Origin: Candidatus Zambryskiibacteriota bacterium
GTDB lineage: Bacteria; Patescibacteriota; Minisyncoccia; Phycocordibacterales; WO2-35-19
DNA length: 64,000 nucleotides
NCBI GenBank assembly: GCA_048499675.1
Contig: JASNZL010000008.1
Location: 27-64,026, forward strand
Direction: 5' to 3'
Position 1 is the first letter of the stretch. Every line of letters starts with the position of its first letter. The notes below the pieces were generated by a model, which saw only the letters and a program-made list of their open reading frames with translations, ran no database searches and was not told the origin of the DNA. A program made the position numbers and the translations under genes. Of this stretch, positions 49,107-58,944 are shown piece by piece.

Positions 49107-49973
49107 CTAACTATACTTTATTTGGTGTATGGGACAGAAGTGAGAACTACGTCCTTTTATCACCATTCTCTCTATTATACCCGAGCATCCGTTTTTTGGA
49201 CACTCTGCCCCTTTTTTGCCATAAACCTTGTGAAAATTTTGAAAACCACCTTTTTTGCCAAAAGCATTGCGATAATCTGATTTAGAATCGCCTCCATGCT
49301 TAATTGAAAGTTTTAATATTGTTAGCATAGCTTTAAATATTTCTATAAATTTATTTTCTGGAATTTTTTCACTCTTTGACGCGGGGTGTATACTAGTTTG
49401 CCAAAGTATTTCATCTGAATAAATATTACCAATTCCAGCAATGGTGTTTTGGTCAAGTAGACTTGATTTAATTGGCCAATTTTTCTTTCTATGAATCAGC
49501 TCAAAAAGTTTTTTTGAATTTAATTTTGGATGGAAAGGGTCAATACCGAGTTTTCCGAGTGTTTCGTGCAAATGATTTTGATCCGTTTTTGAAATAATGA
49601 CAGAAGCAAATTTTCTCAAATCTGAAAGTAGTAAATAGTGATTATTTGAAAGTGTGAAAATGAGGTGAATATATTTTTCATCAGAGAAATCTTTTTTATA
49701 CATAAGGCACCCTGTCATTTTCATATGCACCACGATTGTATGGTCAGTGCTTAAATTTATTAAAATATTTTTACCTCTTCTTTCTACACTTTTAATTTTT
49801 GAACCCTTAGTAATTTTTCGGAACTTATCAAAATATTTTTTGTTCTTTATGTTTTGTCGATTGTTATATTTTGAACCAATATAAAAATCCGACCAGACAT
49901 CCTTAATTGTCTTGCCAATAACGACACTTTTCAAACCTTCTACGGTTGTATGTACTTCGGGTAATTCAGGCAT
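49107..49973 (-). CDS. mutM: Formamidopyrimidine-DNA glycosylase
   Basis: MPELPEV, RRGK, HMKMTG, DLRKF, AGIGNIYSDE, C-terminal zinc finger. Confidence 0.96.
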   Translation of the reverse strand: MPELPEVHTTVEGLKSVVIGKTIKDVWSDFYIGSKYNNRQNIKNKKYFDKFRKITKGSKIKSVERRGKNILINLSTDHTIVVHMKMTGCLMYKKDFSDEKYIHLIFTLSNNHYLLLSDLRKFASVIISKTDQNHLHETLGKLGIDPFHPKLNSKKLFELIHRKKNWPIKSSLLDQNTIAGIGNIYSDEILWQTSIHPASKSEKIPENKFIEIFKAMLTILKLSIKHGGDSKSDYRNAFGKKGGFQNFHKVYGKKGAECPKNGCSGIIERMVIKGRSSHFCPIHQIKYS

Positions 49974-50038
49974 GGAATAGTTTAGAGCTTACAGCTTTTA
50001 GCTTAGAGTGTAAACAAACCAAAAATTTCTCAAAACTT

Positions 50039-51337
50039 TTAGCTATTACCTAAAACCTTCTTTAGTTCTTCACGAGCAACATACGCATCGTCCCAAGGAG
50101 TTTTTTTACCGTTGGCTTCCATAATATAAGGGTCAGTGCCTTTACCTGTAATCAAAACAGCAACTCTGTTTTGGTTATCCCGCGAAGCTCCATTTTTTGG
50201 AGCGAAGCGAAACGCCTTCAGAATCGCGGTCCGAATCGCAGTTCGTCTATCCATTATAATTTCTGTCGGTTTGTTTTTTATACCTTTTTTTATATCATCC
50301 ACGATTTTTACAGGGTCTTCATCATACGGGTCTTCATTGGTTAAAATAATTTGTTCACAATATTTGTCTGCAAGTCGTCCCATCTCAGGTCTTTTCCATG
50401 TGTCTCTACCGCCCCCAGTATTTCCCAAAATACAAATTGTTTTGTGTGTTTTATAGGTTTCGTATACTGCTTTGAGTGAGTCGGGTGTGTGAGCATAATC
50501 AACAACAACATCAAAATTTTGTCCTATATCTACTTTTTCCATTCTGCCTCTTATAAACTGCATATTTTCCAAACCTTTCTTAATTATCTCGTCCTGTATT
50601 CCAAAAAATCTTGCACAAGCTATTGCGCCAAGCATATTTGAAACGTTAAATATTCCTGGGAGTTTGGAATGAATCACAACTTTGCCTATCTGAAAAACAG
50701 AACCTTTTTCATCTGCTTTGACAGCGGTTGCGTCTTTGAGAGAGTAGGGGATTTTGTGGTCTGCAGAAACCTCTAAAAACTTTTCTCCTTCTTTATCGTC
50801 TATGTTTGCAATTATGCAAGTATCCCCTTTGACTTTTTTTGTTAACTCGCGTGCAATATTTAATTTGGCTTCTCTATAATTTTCGTAAGAACCATGAGAT
50901 TCGATGTGTTCCTTTGCAAGATTTGTAAATATAAGAGCGTTTGGGTATATAAATCTGTGCCTGAATTGTTTTGATCCTTCACTTGTCATTTCCATAACAA
51001 CATGAGTACAACCCGCATCTAAACTTCTCTTTAGAAAATTTTGTAAGAAAAATCTCCCCGGCATTGTCATTTTAAAAAGGTTTCTTTCTTCTTTTTCGCC
51101 AATTTTAAAACGAAGTGTGCTTGCGAGAGCGGTTTTGTATCCAGCTTCCTCAAAAATCGCATTTACTATTTCTGTTGTTGTTGTTTTGCCTTTTGTACCG
51201 GTTATACCAATTACAACCATTTTTTTAGAAGGGAAACCAAATTTAATTGCTCCAAGAAGTGCAAGTAAAAAGTGGTAGCTAGGCTGAAAAAAACTAAATA
51301 TCTTTTTTGGTATTATTTTTTTTAAAATGTTAAGCAT
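50039..51337 (-). CDS. murE: MurE-type Mur ligase
   Basis: GITGTKGKTTT, EMTSEG, TNL..EHIESH, GRME, VDYAH, GGRD..KR, TGKG. Confidence 0.88.
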   Translation of the reverse strand: MLNILKKIIPKKIFSFFQPSYHFLLALLGAIKFGFPSKKMVVIGITGTKGKTTTTEIVNAIFEEAGYKTALASTLRFKIGEKEERNLFKMTMPGRFFLQNFLKRSLDAGCTHVVMEMTSEGSKQFRHRFIYPNALIFTNLAKEHIESHGSYENYREAKLNIARELTKKVKGDTCIIANIDDKEGEKFLEVSADHKIPYSLKDATAVKADEKGSVFQIGKVVIHSKLPGIFNVSNMLGAIACARFFGIQDEIIKKGLENMQFIRGRMEKVDIGQNFDVVVDYAHTPDSLKAVYETYKTHKTICILGNTGGGRDTWKRPEMGRLADKYCEQIILTNEDPYDEDPVKIVDDIKKGIKNKPTEIIMDRRTAIRTAILKAFRFAPKNGASRDNQNRVAVLITGKGTDPYIMEANGKKTPWDDAYVAREELKKVLGNS

Positions 51338-51539
51338 ATTTAAATTTAAAATGTAAATATAAAAATTAAAAATGACAATTTAAAATGGAAAATATTTAAA
51401 CCCTAAATTATACTTTTTTGCTATTTTATATTCTTGCCTGTGACTTTTCATTTTGACTTTTAAATTTATAATTTAATCGTACCTCGTACCTCGCCTTCTC
51501 AATTAGTGTCATTCGTTTTCATTTGTAATTTGTGTCGTG

Positions 51540-52106
51540 TTATTGACCTAAATTTTTTAAAATATATTTTATTTTTTCGTTTGTACCTTCCAAATCTTTT
51601 GGTAATTGTTTGATTGTTTCTTGAATATCTCTTTCACGATAACCTAATGATTTAAGAGCTTCAAATACATCCACATCTTCGCTAGTCCTGCTTTCACCTT
51701 TTCTGGTTGTAATTAGTTTTCCATTCAGTTCCAAAACAATTTTCTCCGCTGTTTTTCTGCCAATACCTGAAATTTTGGTAAGTGATGAGGTGTCGCCAGT
51801 ACCAACCGCCTCTTCAATTGATTTTACTCCTGCAACAGAAAGTATGGCTAAACCAGATTTCGGCCCAACTCCAGAAACAGTAATCAAAAGCTCAAAAATC
51901 CTTAGTTCCTCTTCAGTTTCAAAACCATATAAATCAATTGAATTTTCTCTGACCGCCGTGTGGGTCCAAAAGTTTGCTTCCTCTCCTGTTCTTAATTTTG
52001 CCAAATAAGAAGGTGTGCTATATATAATAAAACCAATATTGCCAGCCTTTACAATAGCTTTTGCACCCTTTAAATCAAAAATTTTACCTGTTATGTGTCC
52101 AAACAT
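51540..52106 (-). CDS. ruvA: Holliday junction DNA-binding protein RuvA
   Basis: VRENSIDLYGF, LITVSGVGPK, GIGRKTAEKIVLEL, ALKSLGY. Confidence 0.96.
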   Translation of the reverse strand: MFGHITGKIFDLKGAKAIVKAGNIGFIIYSTPSYLAKLRTGEEANFWTHTAVRENSIDLYGFETEEELRIFELLITVSGVGPKSGLAILSVAGVKSIEEAVGTGDTSSLTKISGIGRKTAEKIVLELNGKLITTRKGESRTSEDVDVFEALKSLGYRERDIQETIKQLPKDLEGTNEKIKYILKNLGQ

Positions 52107-52259
52107 AAAAGCTTAGAGCTAAAAGCTTAGAGCTTGAAGCTGTATATAATATAGCAAAACTGAGGTTATTTTCATCTTATTGCTATTTTTTTATATTTAT
52201 GTTAGATTTTACACGTCATTAATTTTAAATTTTGATTTTTTAATTTTGATTTTTATAAC

Positions 52260-52517
52260 ATGCCAATAATCAAATCAGCAAAAAAGGCCCTAAGATCTTC
52301 AAAAAAGAAGAGAATTTTCAATTTGAAAAGAAAAAACGAAATGAACAAGATTGTTAAGGAATACAAAAAGCTTGTAATTTCAAAATCAGAAAAAGAAGCT
52401 AAAGATTTGTTACCAAAACTTCAGAAAGCAATAGATAAAGCCTCAAAGAGGGGAGTAATAAAGAAAAACACAGCATCTCGCAAAAAATCCCGCCTAATGA
52501 AGAAACTTTCAAAATAA
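52260..52517 (+). CDS. rpsT: 30S ribosomal protein S20
   Basis: MPIIKSAKKALR, IDKASKRGVIKKNTASRKKSRL. Confidence 0.97.
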   Translation: MPIIKSAKKALRSSKKKRIFNLKRKNEMNKIVKEYKKLVISKSEKEAKDLLPKLQKAIDKASKRGVIKKNTASRKKSRLMKKLSK

Positions 52518-52524
52518 TTCAAAT

Positions 52525-52558
52525 CAACAAAAAAACAGCAGATGCTGTTTTTTTGTTG
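52525..52558. terminator. Intrinsic terminator after rpsT
   Basis: caacaaaaaaacagca-ga-tgctgtttttttgttg. Confidence 0.8.
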
Positions 52559-52630
52559 TCCACATTTCTATAGGATTTATTTTAGTTAATTAAATACAAT
52601 ATAAGCATTAATAATATTATAAATCTAACT

Positions 52631-54005
52631 ATGAATTTTTTTAAAGTATTGATTTTTGCAGGTATTGCAACATCAATTTTTTTTTGGTGTGTTTAATACA
52701 TCGTCTGCAAATACGGTTCCGCCCCCATTTATTAGTGGTACAGAAGTTAAGGGCGGGCCAAGTATGACAAGTTATATAGGAGAAGAGCTTATTATAAATG
52801 GTACAAATTTATTTACTTTTTGTTGTAAATATGACACTGGAATTTACATAAATAGCAAAGGTCCATTGTCATTAAACGAAAAAATTATTTCTGAGAATAG
52901 AATATCATTTATTGTACCGAATAATTTAGAAGAAGGTAATTCATTTAGTTTGTACATAACAACAAACTCAGGAATAAGTAATATTGTAAACGTTAAAGTG
53001 ATACCAAAATTAGTAAGTAATCAGCTACCAAAACCTTATATATCAAGCATAGAGCCAAAATCAGCAAAAGTGGGCGAATTAGTAACTGTGCGAGGTTCTA
53101 ATTTGTTTGGCAACTCGGTATATCTAAATGATTATTCTGTAAGTTCTGATCCTGTAAACTATAGTTATGACGCTTCTGGCAACAGTCTTGTTTTTACAGT
53201 TCCTAAAGGTTATGACGTAGGAAGATATAATCTGAAAGTTGAGCAAAGAGTTGTTGGTGGGTTTAGCAACTCACTCCCTTTTGAAATTATTGCACAAACA
53301 ATAAATAAACAGCCCGTCATCTCTAGTGTAGAATCAAAAGTAATTGGTGCTGGTAATGTAGTGTCAGGAGAAAAAGCTTATATTCACGGTTCTGGTCTAT
53401 TGGGGCCTTTAACAATACAACTTGGTACGATTGAACCAAAGTATGTATACACTAGAGGAACATCTGATACTTATGCGGAGTTTGTTGTTCCGTATTATAC
53501 TCAAGGAATAAATCTAGACATAAAGGTTACTAATTCAACCAATCTATCTAGTAGTCCTTACCCAGTAAGAGTGTCTACAACATATAGTTCTGCTGGTACT
53601 ACATCAGTTGCGCCAGTTATGGTTGACGCAAGCAACTCTGATTTGAATCAGGTCATTAAATCACTCTTAGAGCAAATTCAGGCATTACAAGCTCAATTAA
53701 ATGAGAGAAACAAACAGACAACTAACGCAACAAATCAATTTAATAATACAAACATAAATGCATCTTGTTTGATTATTAACCGCGATTTAGCCTACAGAGA
53801 AAAGGATGGGTGGAACACGTCAAATATCACTGGTTTGCAAGATTTTCTTCAATCATCAGGTTACCTAAATTCAGAACCAACTGGTTATTTTGGTCTGATG
53901 ACATTAGACGCAGTTAAGAGATTCCAGAGTGCCCACTCTATAAATTCTACTGGATTAGTTGGTCCAATGACTAGAGCCAAAATACAAGAGTTAAGTTGTA
54001 GATAG
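52631..54005 (+). CDS. Secreted IPT/TIG-repeat protein with a C-terminal peptidoglycan-binding domain; +1 frameshift in the signal peptide
   Basis: Three IPT-like units (P.ISS..., GS.L), LQDFL..GYL..PTGYFG..T..AVKRFQ; the ATG at 52631 joins the long ORF if the T9 run (52677-52685) is T8. Confidence 0.75.
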
Positions 54006-54024
54006 TTTATTCATTAGATTATCA

Positions 54025-54057
54025 AACCAAAAAACAGCAGATGCTGTTTTTTTGGTT
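54025..54057. terminator. Bidirectional terminator, near-copy of 52525-52558
   Basis: aaccaaaaaacagca-ga-tgctgttttttggtt. Confidence 0.8.
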
Positions 54058-54070
54058 GTAATTAATTATC

Positions 54071-55822
54071 CTATCGGCCACCACCACCGCCACCACCGCC
54101 ACCCCCTCCGGAAAAACCACCCCCTCCAGAGCCACCAGAGCTTGAACCATAACTCGAGTTTGCATTAACTGTATTTGAGAAACTACTCATCATTGATGCA
54201 AAAGTGACCGTGTTTATCGTTTGATTATGACTTGAGTACCAACTAGGTCTTGAATGGGTAATTTCGTAATAATGCCCAAGTTCTTTGTTCCATTCTTTTT
54301 CTTTGTTGAACAATACAGCATAGGGAAGTACTTTTTCGTATAATTTTATTAGTTTTGCAGTATCTCTTGTGTCTATAACAACTTTTTCTGCACCAGTTGG
54401 ACTTTGTAAAACTCGCATTCTTTCTGTCTCAGCCATACTTATGTAGTGCTTAAATCCTTTGAGATAGCGACGCAACTCCAAACCTTTGTCTGTGAGTGGT
54501 TTAAGATGCTTTGATGCTCCGTATAGAGTAACAGCCATAATCAAAAATACGAAATTTAGTGATAAGGCGCCACACACAACTAAACCCAAAGCCCCGTATT
54601 TTAATTTTTTTGTTTTGGATTCATCCACTCTTCTTAATTCATATCTCAGGACAAGTAATTCATCCAATTTCTTTTTATTATCACTGATTCTTTTTCGAAA
54701 ACTTGTGTTATTGCGCAAAGATTTTAGAGCCAGTCTCTGTCCTGTTTGTGGAATTCCATCAAAAAGATCACTAAGCATCTCTTTTTCTTCTTCAAAGAGA
54801 TTATTTAAATCATTTTTTATTTCTATTTCATATTCGGCTTTCTTCCAAAAAGTTTTCTCTTTTAACTCAATTATCTTAATATAATCGCGCACTGCCAAAT
54901 CCAAAAGAAAAGCTGTAAGAACAGAATGAGCACTATTTAGTAAACTGGCAGATGTTATTACACTGACCCCGTCTGGAGGGAAATATTCAGTAACGATTGT
55001 CCCTAATTCCTTGTTTCTATTATGAGACTTGTAATAGAAGTATAAAGACCAAAAAATGATTAATACTCCAGTCATTTGAGCAGTAAGTTGGATTAAAGGT
55101 GAAGCAAAAATAGCGAGTATTTTTTCTATTAAAGTAGGTTTGTAACCGGCAAAAGTTTCGGGATTGAAACCAACTGCAATAGTTAAATTTTCATACGGTA
55201 AAAGATTGGTTGTGCTTGCGGTCAAACCATGAAAAATGGGCGATAGTGTACAGGTTTCAGTTCCGCCACTTGCTCCACGATAACAAGCTACAGATCCAGT
55301 GAGTGATGGTATTAATGATTCTGCTATGTTTATTTGAACATTTAGATTTTCTATAGGAACCCTCCAACCCGTGCCGTTTGTGTCCCAGTAAAATTCATCT
55401 TGGTTTGTATTAGGAAAATATTTTGTAACATCTCGTAAGGTGTAGGTGATTGTATATGTTTGTGGGCCAAGGAGATATTCATCTGTCCCTGTTTCAATAA
55501 CATAATGGTCGCCTTTTGAATATTCGGCATATATTGGTTCTGGTTGGCCGTTGCGTTCTAGAGATATTAATGAAAAGGAGAGCGAATGCCCATCATATTG
55601 ATCTGGGATTTCCCGCACTAAACCCTTGTTTTGGGGAAAAGTGGGGAAGTCTGCAGTGATACGCTCTACCACTCGTAGAGTAGAGTGTCCTTCATTGTCT
55701 TTATCCAAAAAATACTCAATTTCAAATTGACTGATTGAAAAATTATTTACATCAGCCATCACCAAAGAAGCCTCACTAAATAGAGAGAAGATTAGTAGAC
55801 AAATAATCAAAAATTTTTTCAT
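54071..55822 (-). CDS. DUF2207 family membrane protein
   Basis: Signal peptide, DEFYWD.NG..W..PI, LLDLAVR, YEKVLPYAV, SSGGSGGGGFSGGGGGGGGGG tail. Confidence 0.9.
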   Translation of the reverse strand: MKKFLIICLLIFSLFSEASLVMADVNNFSISQFEIEYFLDKDNEGHSTLRVVERITADFPTFPQNKGLVREIPDQYDGHSLSFSLISLERNGQPEPIYAEYSKGDHYVIETGTDEYLLGPQTYTITYTLRDVTKYFPNTNQDEFYWDTNGTGWRVPIENLNVQINIAESLIPSLTGSVACYRGASGGTETCTLSPIFHGLTASTTNLLPYENLTIAVGFNPETFAGYKPTLIEKILAIFASPLIQLTAQMTGVLIIFWSLYFYYKSHNRNKELGTIVTEYFPPDGVSVITSASLLNSAHSVLTAFLLDLAVRDYIKIIELKEKTFWKKAEYEIEIKNDLNNLFEEEKEMLSDLFDGIPQTGQRLALKSLRNNTSFRKRISDNKKKLDELLVLRYELRRVDESKTKKLKYGALGLVVCGALSLNFVFLIMAVTLYGASKHLKPLTDKGLELRRYLKGFKHYISMAETERMRVLQSPTGAEKVVIDTRDTAKLIKLYEKVLPYAVLFNKEKEWNKELGHYYEITHSRPSWYSSHNQTINTVTFASMMSSFSNTVNANSSYGSSSGGSGGGGFSGGGGGGGGGGGR

Positions 55823-56040
55823 AATTCTATTGTACAGGAACTAAGAAATGAGAGAAAGGTTTGTTGGTGTAATTTACTAAAATTGGTATTAACAAAATCT
55901 TACTATTGAAACATTTTTATAATATTTGGGTGAACAAAAAACTTTTATAAATTAGCATCCTGACAATAAATTCTGTTTCAATATATAAAAAAAGAGGGGG
56001 GGCGAGTTTCAAACACAACGCCCCCGCTCTGGGTGTACTA

Positions 56041-56553
56041 CTATTGAAGCATGAAATCCCTTTTTATGCTCCCCCTGGGAATGAAGAACTCGTACTTTTT
56101 TGTCGGATAGTCCAGACCAACCAGTAGTAAGTTTGGATTCACAAACTGGTAGGTGTAAGTCTTGAGTTCTCCCACCTTTCTTTCTTCATCTTCAAAAACC
56201 GTGACATTACCCTCAATTTCAATTTTCCTCGGCCGATAGCCCAACCCGACCGCTTCATAGAAGAAGTAGTGCTGGGTTGTGTCAATACTGCCGGTACCGA
56301 GGTAGAATTGCCCACTGAGACCATCGCTCCCACGTAGGCTCACTAGCCCTGTTGTTTCGGGTCCAGTCCAGTGTTTGGGCACCGCAAGACCAATGACTGA
56401 CGCGAAGCCGATGCCAAAAAAGAACACAATCGACGCGAAGATCCCAAAGAAAAATGTTGCAGCGCAACGGTCAAGGAAACCGTCTGCCTGTCCGTACATG
56501 TCCTTCCATGCAAAGACGACAAAAATCAAAACAAAAAGAAGTGGCCAAAGCAT
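56041..56553 (-). CDS. Hypothetical membrane protein (GC-richer, stand-alone gene)
   Basis: Two N-terminal TM segments, LVSL..SDG.SGQFYLGTGSI, own AGGAG SD and promoter-like region. Confidence 0.7.
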   Translation of the reverse strand: MLWPLLFVLIFVVFAWKDMYGQADGFLDRCAATFFFGIFASIVFFFGIGFASVIGLAVPKHWTGPETTGLVSLRGSDGLSGQFYLGTGSIDTTQHYFFYEAVGLGYRPRKIEIEGNVTVFEDEERKVGELKTYTYQFVNPNLLLVGLDYPTKKYEFFIPRGSIKRDFMLQ

Positions 56554-56802
56554 ACTTTATCTCCTGTTTGGAAAGTTTTATATCGAGTTACGAGCGCTCG
56601 ATATTGGTCCTTAACCATAATAGCATACTACATATTAAAAGTCAATGTTTTATAAAATCATTAAATAGTGTCTTTTGGGCCACTATTTCTTCTTGGCTAA
56701 ATAATTTAGATACTTTTTACTCAGAAGAATCTAACTTATTTGTTATTGAGTCTTGGTATTAATTAATTATTACAACGCCGTGCCTCTCTGCTAGTAAAGC
56801 AC

Positions 56803-57127
56803 CTTGCTTGCTCGAGGGCACAAAATATTTTGTTTTTTGTGCCCTCGGTAGGAGTATTTCCCTCGACTCAAAATTTTTTCAGTCAAAAAATTTCGGTCTG
56901 GGCACCGGCTCATGGAAATTTATTTCTAAAAATTTCACATTCCGCCGTTCGATTTCTTACAGAAACTGTACACCTTTTCTATTTTTATTTCGCAAAACTC
57001 ATAAAAATTATCAAAGGTCTTGCGAAGCTTCAAACATTTGCTTCTCACCTACACGCAAGCAAAGCAGTTTGCTTGCTCGAGAGCACAAAATATTTTGTTT
57101 TTTGTGCCCCACTCGGGTCTCGGACGT
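56803..57127 (-). repeat. tRNA-3'-remnant hairpin element at the island boundary
   Basis: Direct repeat ttgcttgctcgagRgcacaaaatattttgttttttgtgccc at both ends; minus-strand TCCTACCGAGGGCAC resembles a tRNA 3' end; contains the shared 95-bp module. Confidence 0.7.
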
Positions 57128-57663
57128 TGGTATACCAAGCAGTATAAGGGTTTTCGGGAGGATTCCCAAGAGTTGAGATGATGCCTCCGCATAGGGGTCA
57201 GTTTTCACCAAACAGGCGCTTGTGCCTTCAAAAACAGAATGAGACAAATGGGACACTCCTTCACGGGTATTTGGCAGTATCTCAAATGCCAACAAATGCC
57301 AATTTTCTGACACCAAAAAGTGACAAAAGTGACACTCTTTGGACACTTTTTCCGTGTCACTTTTTGCTAAAATCTGATGCGAGACAGAGACAGACGAGAC
57401 ACAGGTTAGAGGTATGCCACGAATGTCTCATCTGGAACCCAAATGGCTAAAAAAAAGGATATTTTACCGCCAATGTTACACCATGTGACACCAAAACAGA
57501 TGTGCATGTGTGTCACTTTTTCGTATTTGGTGGCTTTACAGCCACTTTTCCCGGCACTGCGTCGCTCTTGTGCTAAGTATGAAATTATTGTATTTTACGA
57601 CCTAGAGAGTGACGCCTGTCACAAAACCACAAACAGCACATTCACAAACGAAAGGAGACAGAG

Positions 57664-58809
57664 ATGGAAAAGCTCTTAAATCTTGAAGAACTCAGTAGCC
57701 GTCTCGCGACTGTCGACACGATGATCATGCAGCTCATCATGCGTCGCATGGAGCTCGCTGAGCAGGTTGGAAAATACAAACGCCAAAAGGGCGAGCGGAT
57801 TTTCCGGGCAGATATCGAAGATAGGCGTATCGATGCGATCAGGAAATGGGCTGCGACACACCACCTGAATCCGCATTTCGCCGAATCGGTCTTGTACGCA
57901 CTCATCAACGAGTCATGCAAGCTGCAAATGATCCGACTCCAAGAAGAGTCGCTGGAATCAAGTGAGCCTCAGACCGAAGACCAGTGGTATGAGAAGCTCA
58001 AGCGAAACCTTCTTATCCTCACCGAACGATGGTGCAGTACCTACGACTCAAGCTACGAAAACAGCTACTTCGCGACAAAGGCGTACCTGCGGTACGAGCA
58101 TGAACTGCTCACTCGAGAAATCCAACAATTGACTGATACAGAGCTCATGCTCGACCTTGGGTGCGCGACTGGCAGGATGACGTTCCAATGCCACGATGTG
58201 TTCAGGCGCGTCATGGGGTACGACATCAGCCAGCACATGCGGATGATGGCAAACCAGCTTGCTGAAAGCAAGAACTTACACTCGAAGGTCGCTTTCGAGT
58301 GCACGGACATTGAGGATGGCATCCCAATGCTCGATACTTCCGCATCGTTCGTCGTGATGAACCTTGGCACGGCCAGCGACATTCGGGGCATCGGTAAGGT
58401 GATAGATGAAACGCTTCGGGTGCTCAAGCCCGGAGGTCGATTCTTCTTCTCTTTCTACAATCGAGATGCTCTCGTTTATCGCTGGGAGTTCCTGCCGTGG
58501 GAAGCGGGGTTGGCCGCATCAATCAACATCCACCGCGACTCGCTCGACGTTCACTCGAAAAATGACGACCAGGTGGAGGAAGTCATTCCGGTCTACGCGC
58601 GAGCGTATACGTGGGACGAGGTAATGTCGCTATTCTCCGCTCGAGGAGTGGAGGTGTCGCTCACGACATATCCTACCATCAGCGCCATTCTCCCTCACGA
58701 GTTGTTTACCAAACAGCTCGACGTGCAAGAATCGGTCATCGCGATTGATAATGCGCTTGCTGATACTTCAATGGGTGCCTACATCATTGCGACAGGCGCA
58801 AAGCCTTGA
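57664..58809 (+). CDS. AroQ-type chorismate-mutase-like domain fused to a class I SAM-dependent methyltransferase
   Basis: N-terminal D....L..RR.ELA..VGKYK, ES..LQ; MTase LDLGCATG, GYDIS, RVLKPGGRFFFS. Confidence 0.85.
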   Translation: MEKLLNLEELSSRLATVDTMIMQLIMRRMELAEQVGKYKRQKGERIFRADIEDRRIDAIRKWAATHHLNPHFAESVLYALINESCKLQMIRLQEESLESSEPQTEDQWYEKLKRNLLILTERWCSTYDSSYENSYFATKAYLRYEHELLTREIQQLTDTELMLDLGCATGRMTFQCHDVFRRVMGYDISQHMRMMANQLAESKNLHSKVAFECTDIEDGIPMLDTSASFVVMNLGTASDIRGIGKVIDETLRVLKPGGRFFFSFYNRDALVYRWEFLPWEAGLAASINIHRDSLDVHSKNDDQVEEVIPVYARAYTWDEVMSLFSARGVEVSLTTYPTISAILPHELFTKQLDVQESVIAIDNALADTSMGAYIIATGAKP

Positions 58810-58944
58810 TGTCACGTTGGATAACACCTACAACGCGCGAGCTTACCACTCGCGCGTTTTTCTATCGAATCAATTACATACAATTGACAAAGATAACCCC
58901 ACTGTGATAAATTACAGGTGTTGTTCATTTCAGTATATAAAACC

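Noticed and set aside
54074-54140. GC-rich ccaccaccg repeat
   Set aside because: It encodes the normal Gly-rich tail of DUF2207 proteins.
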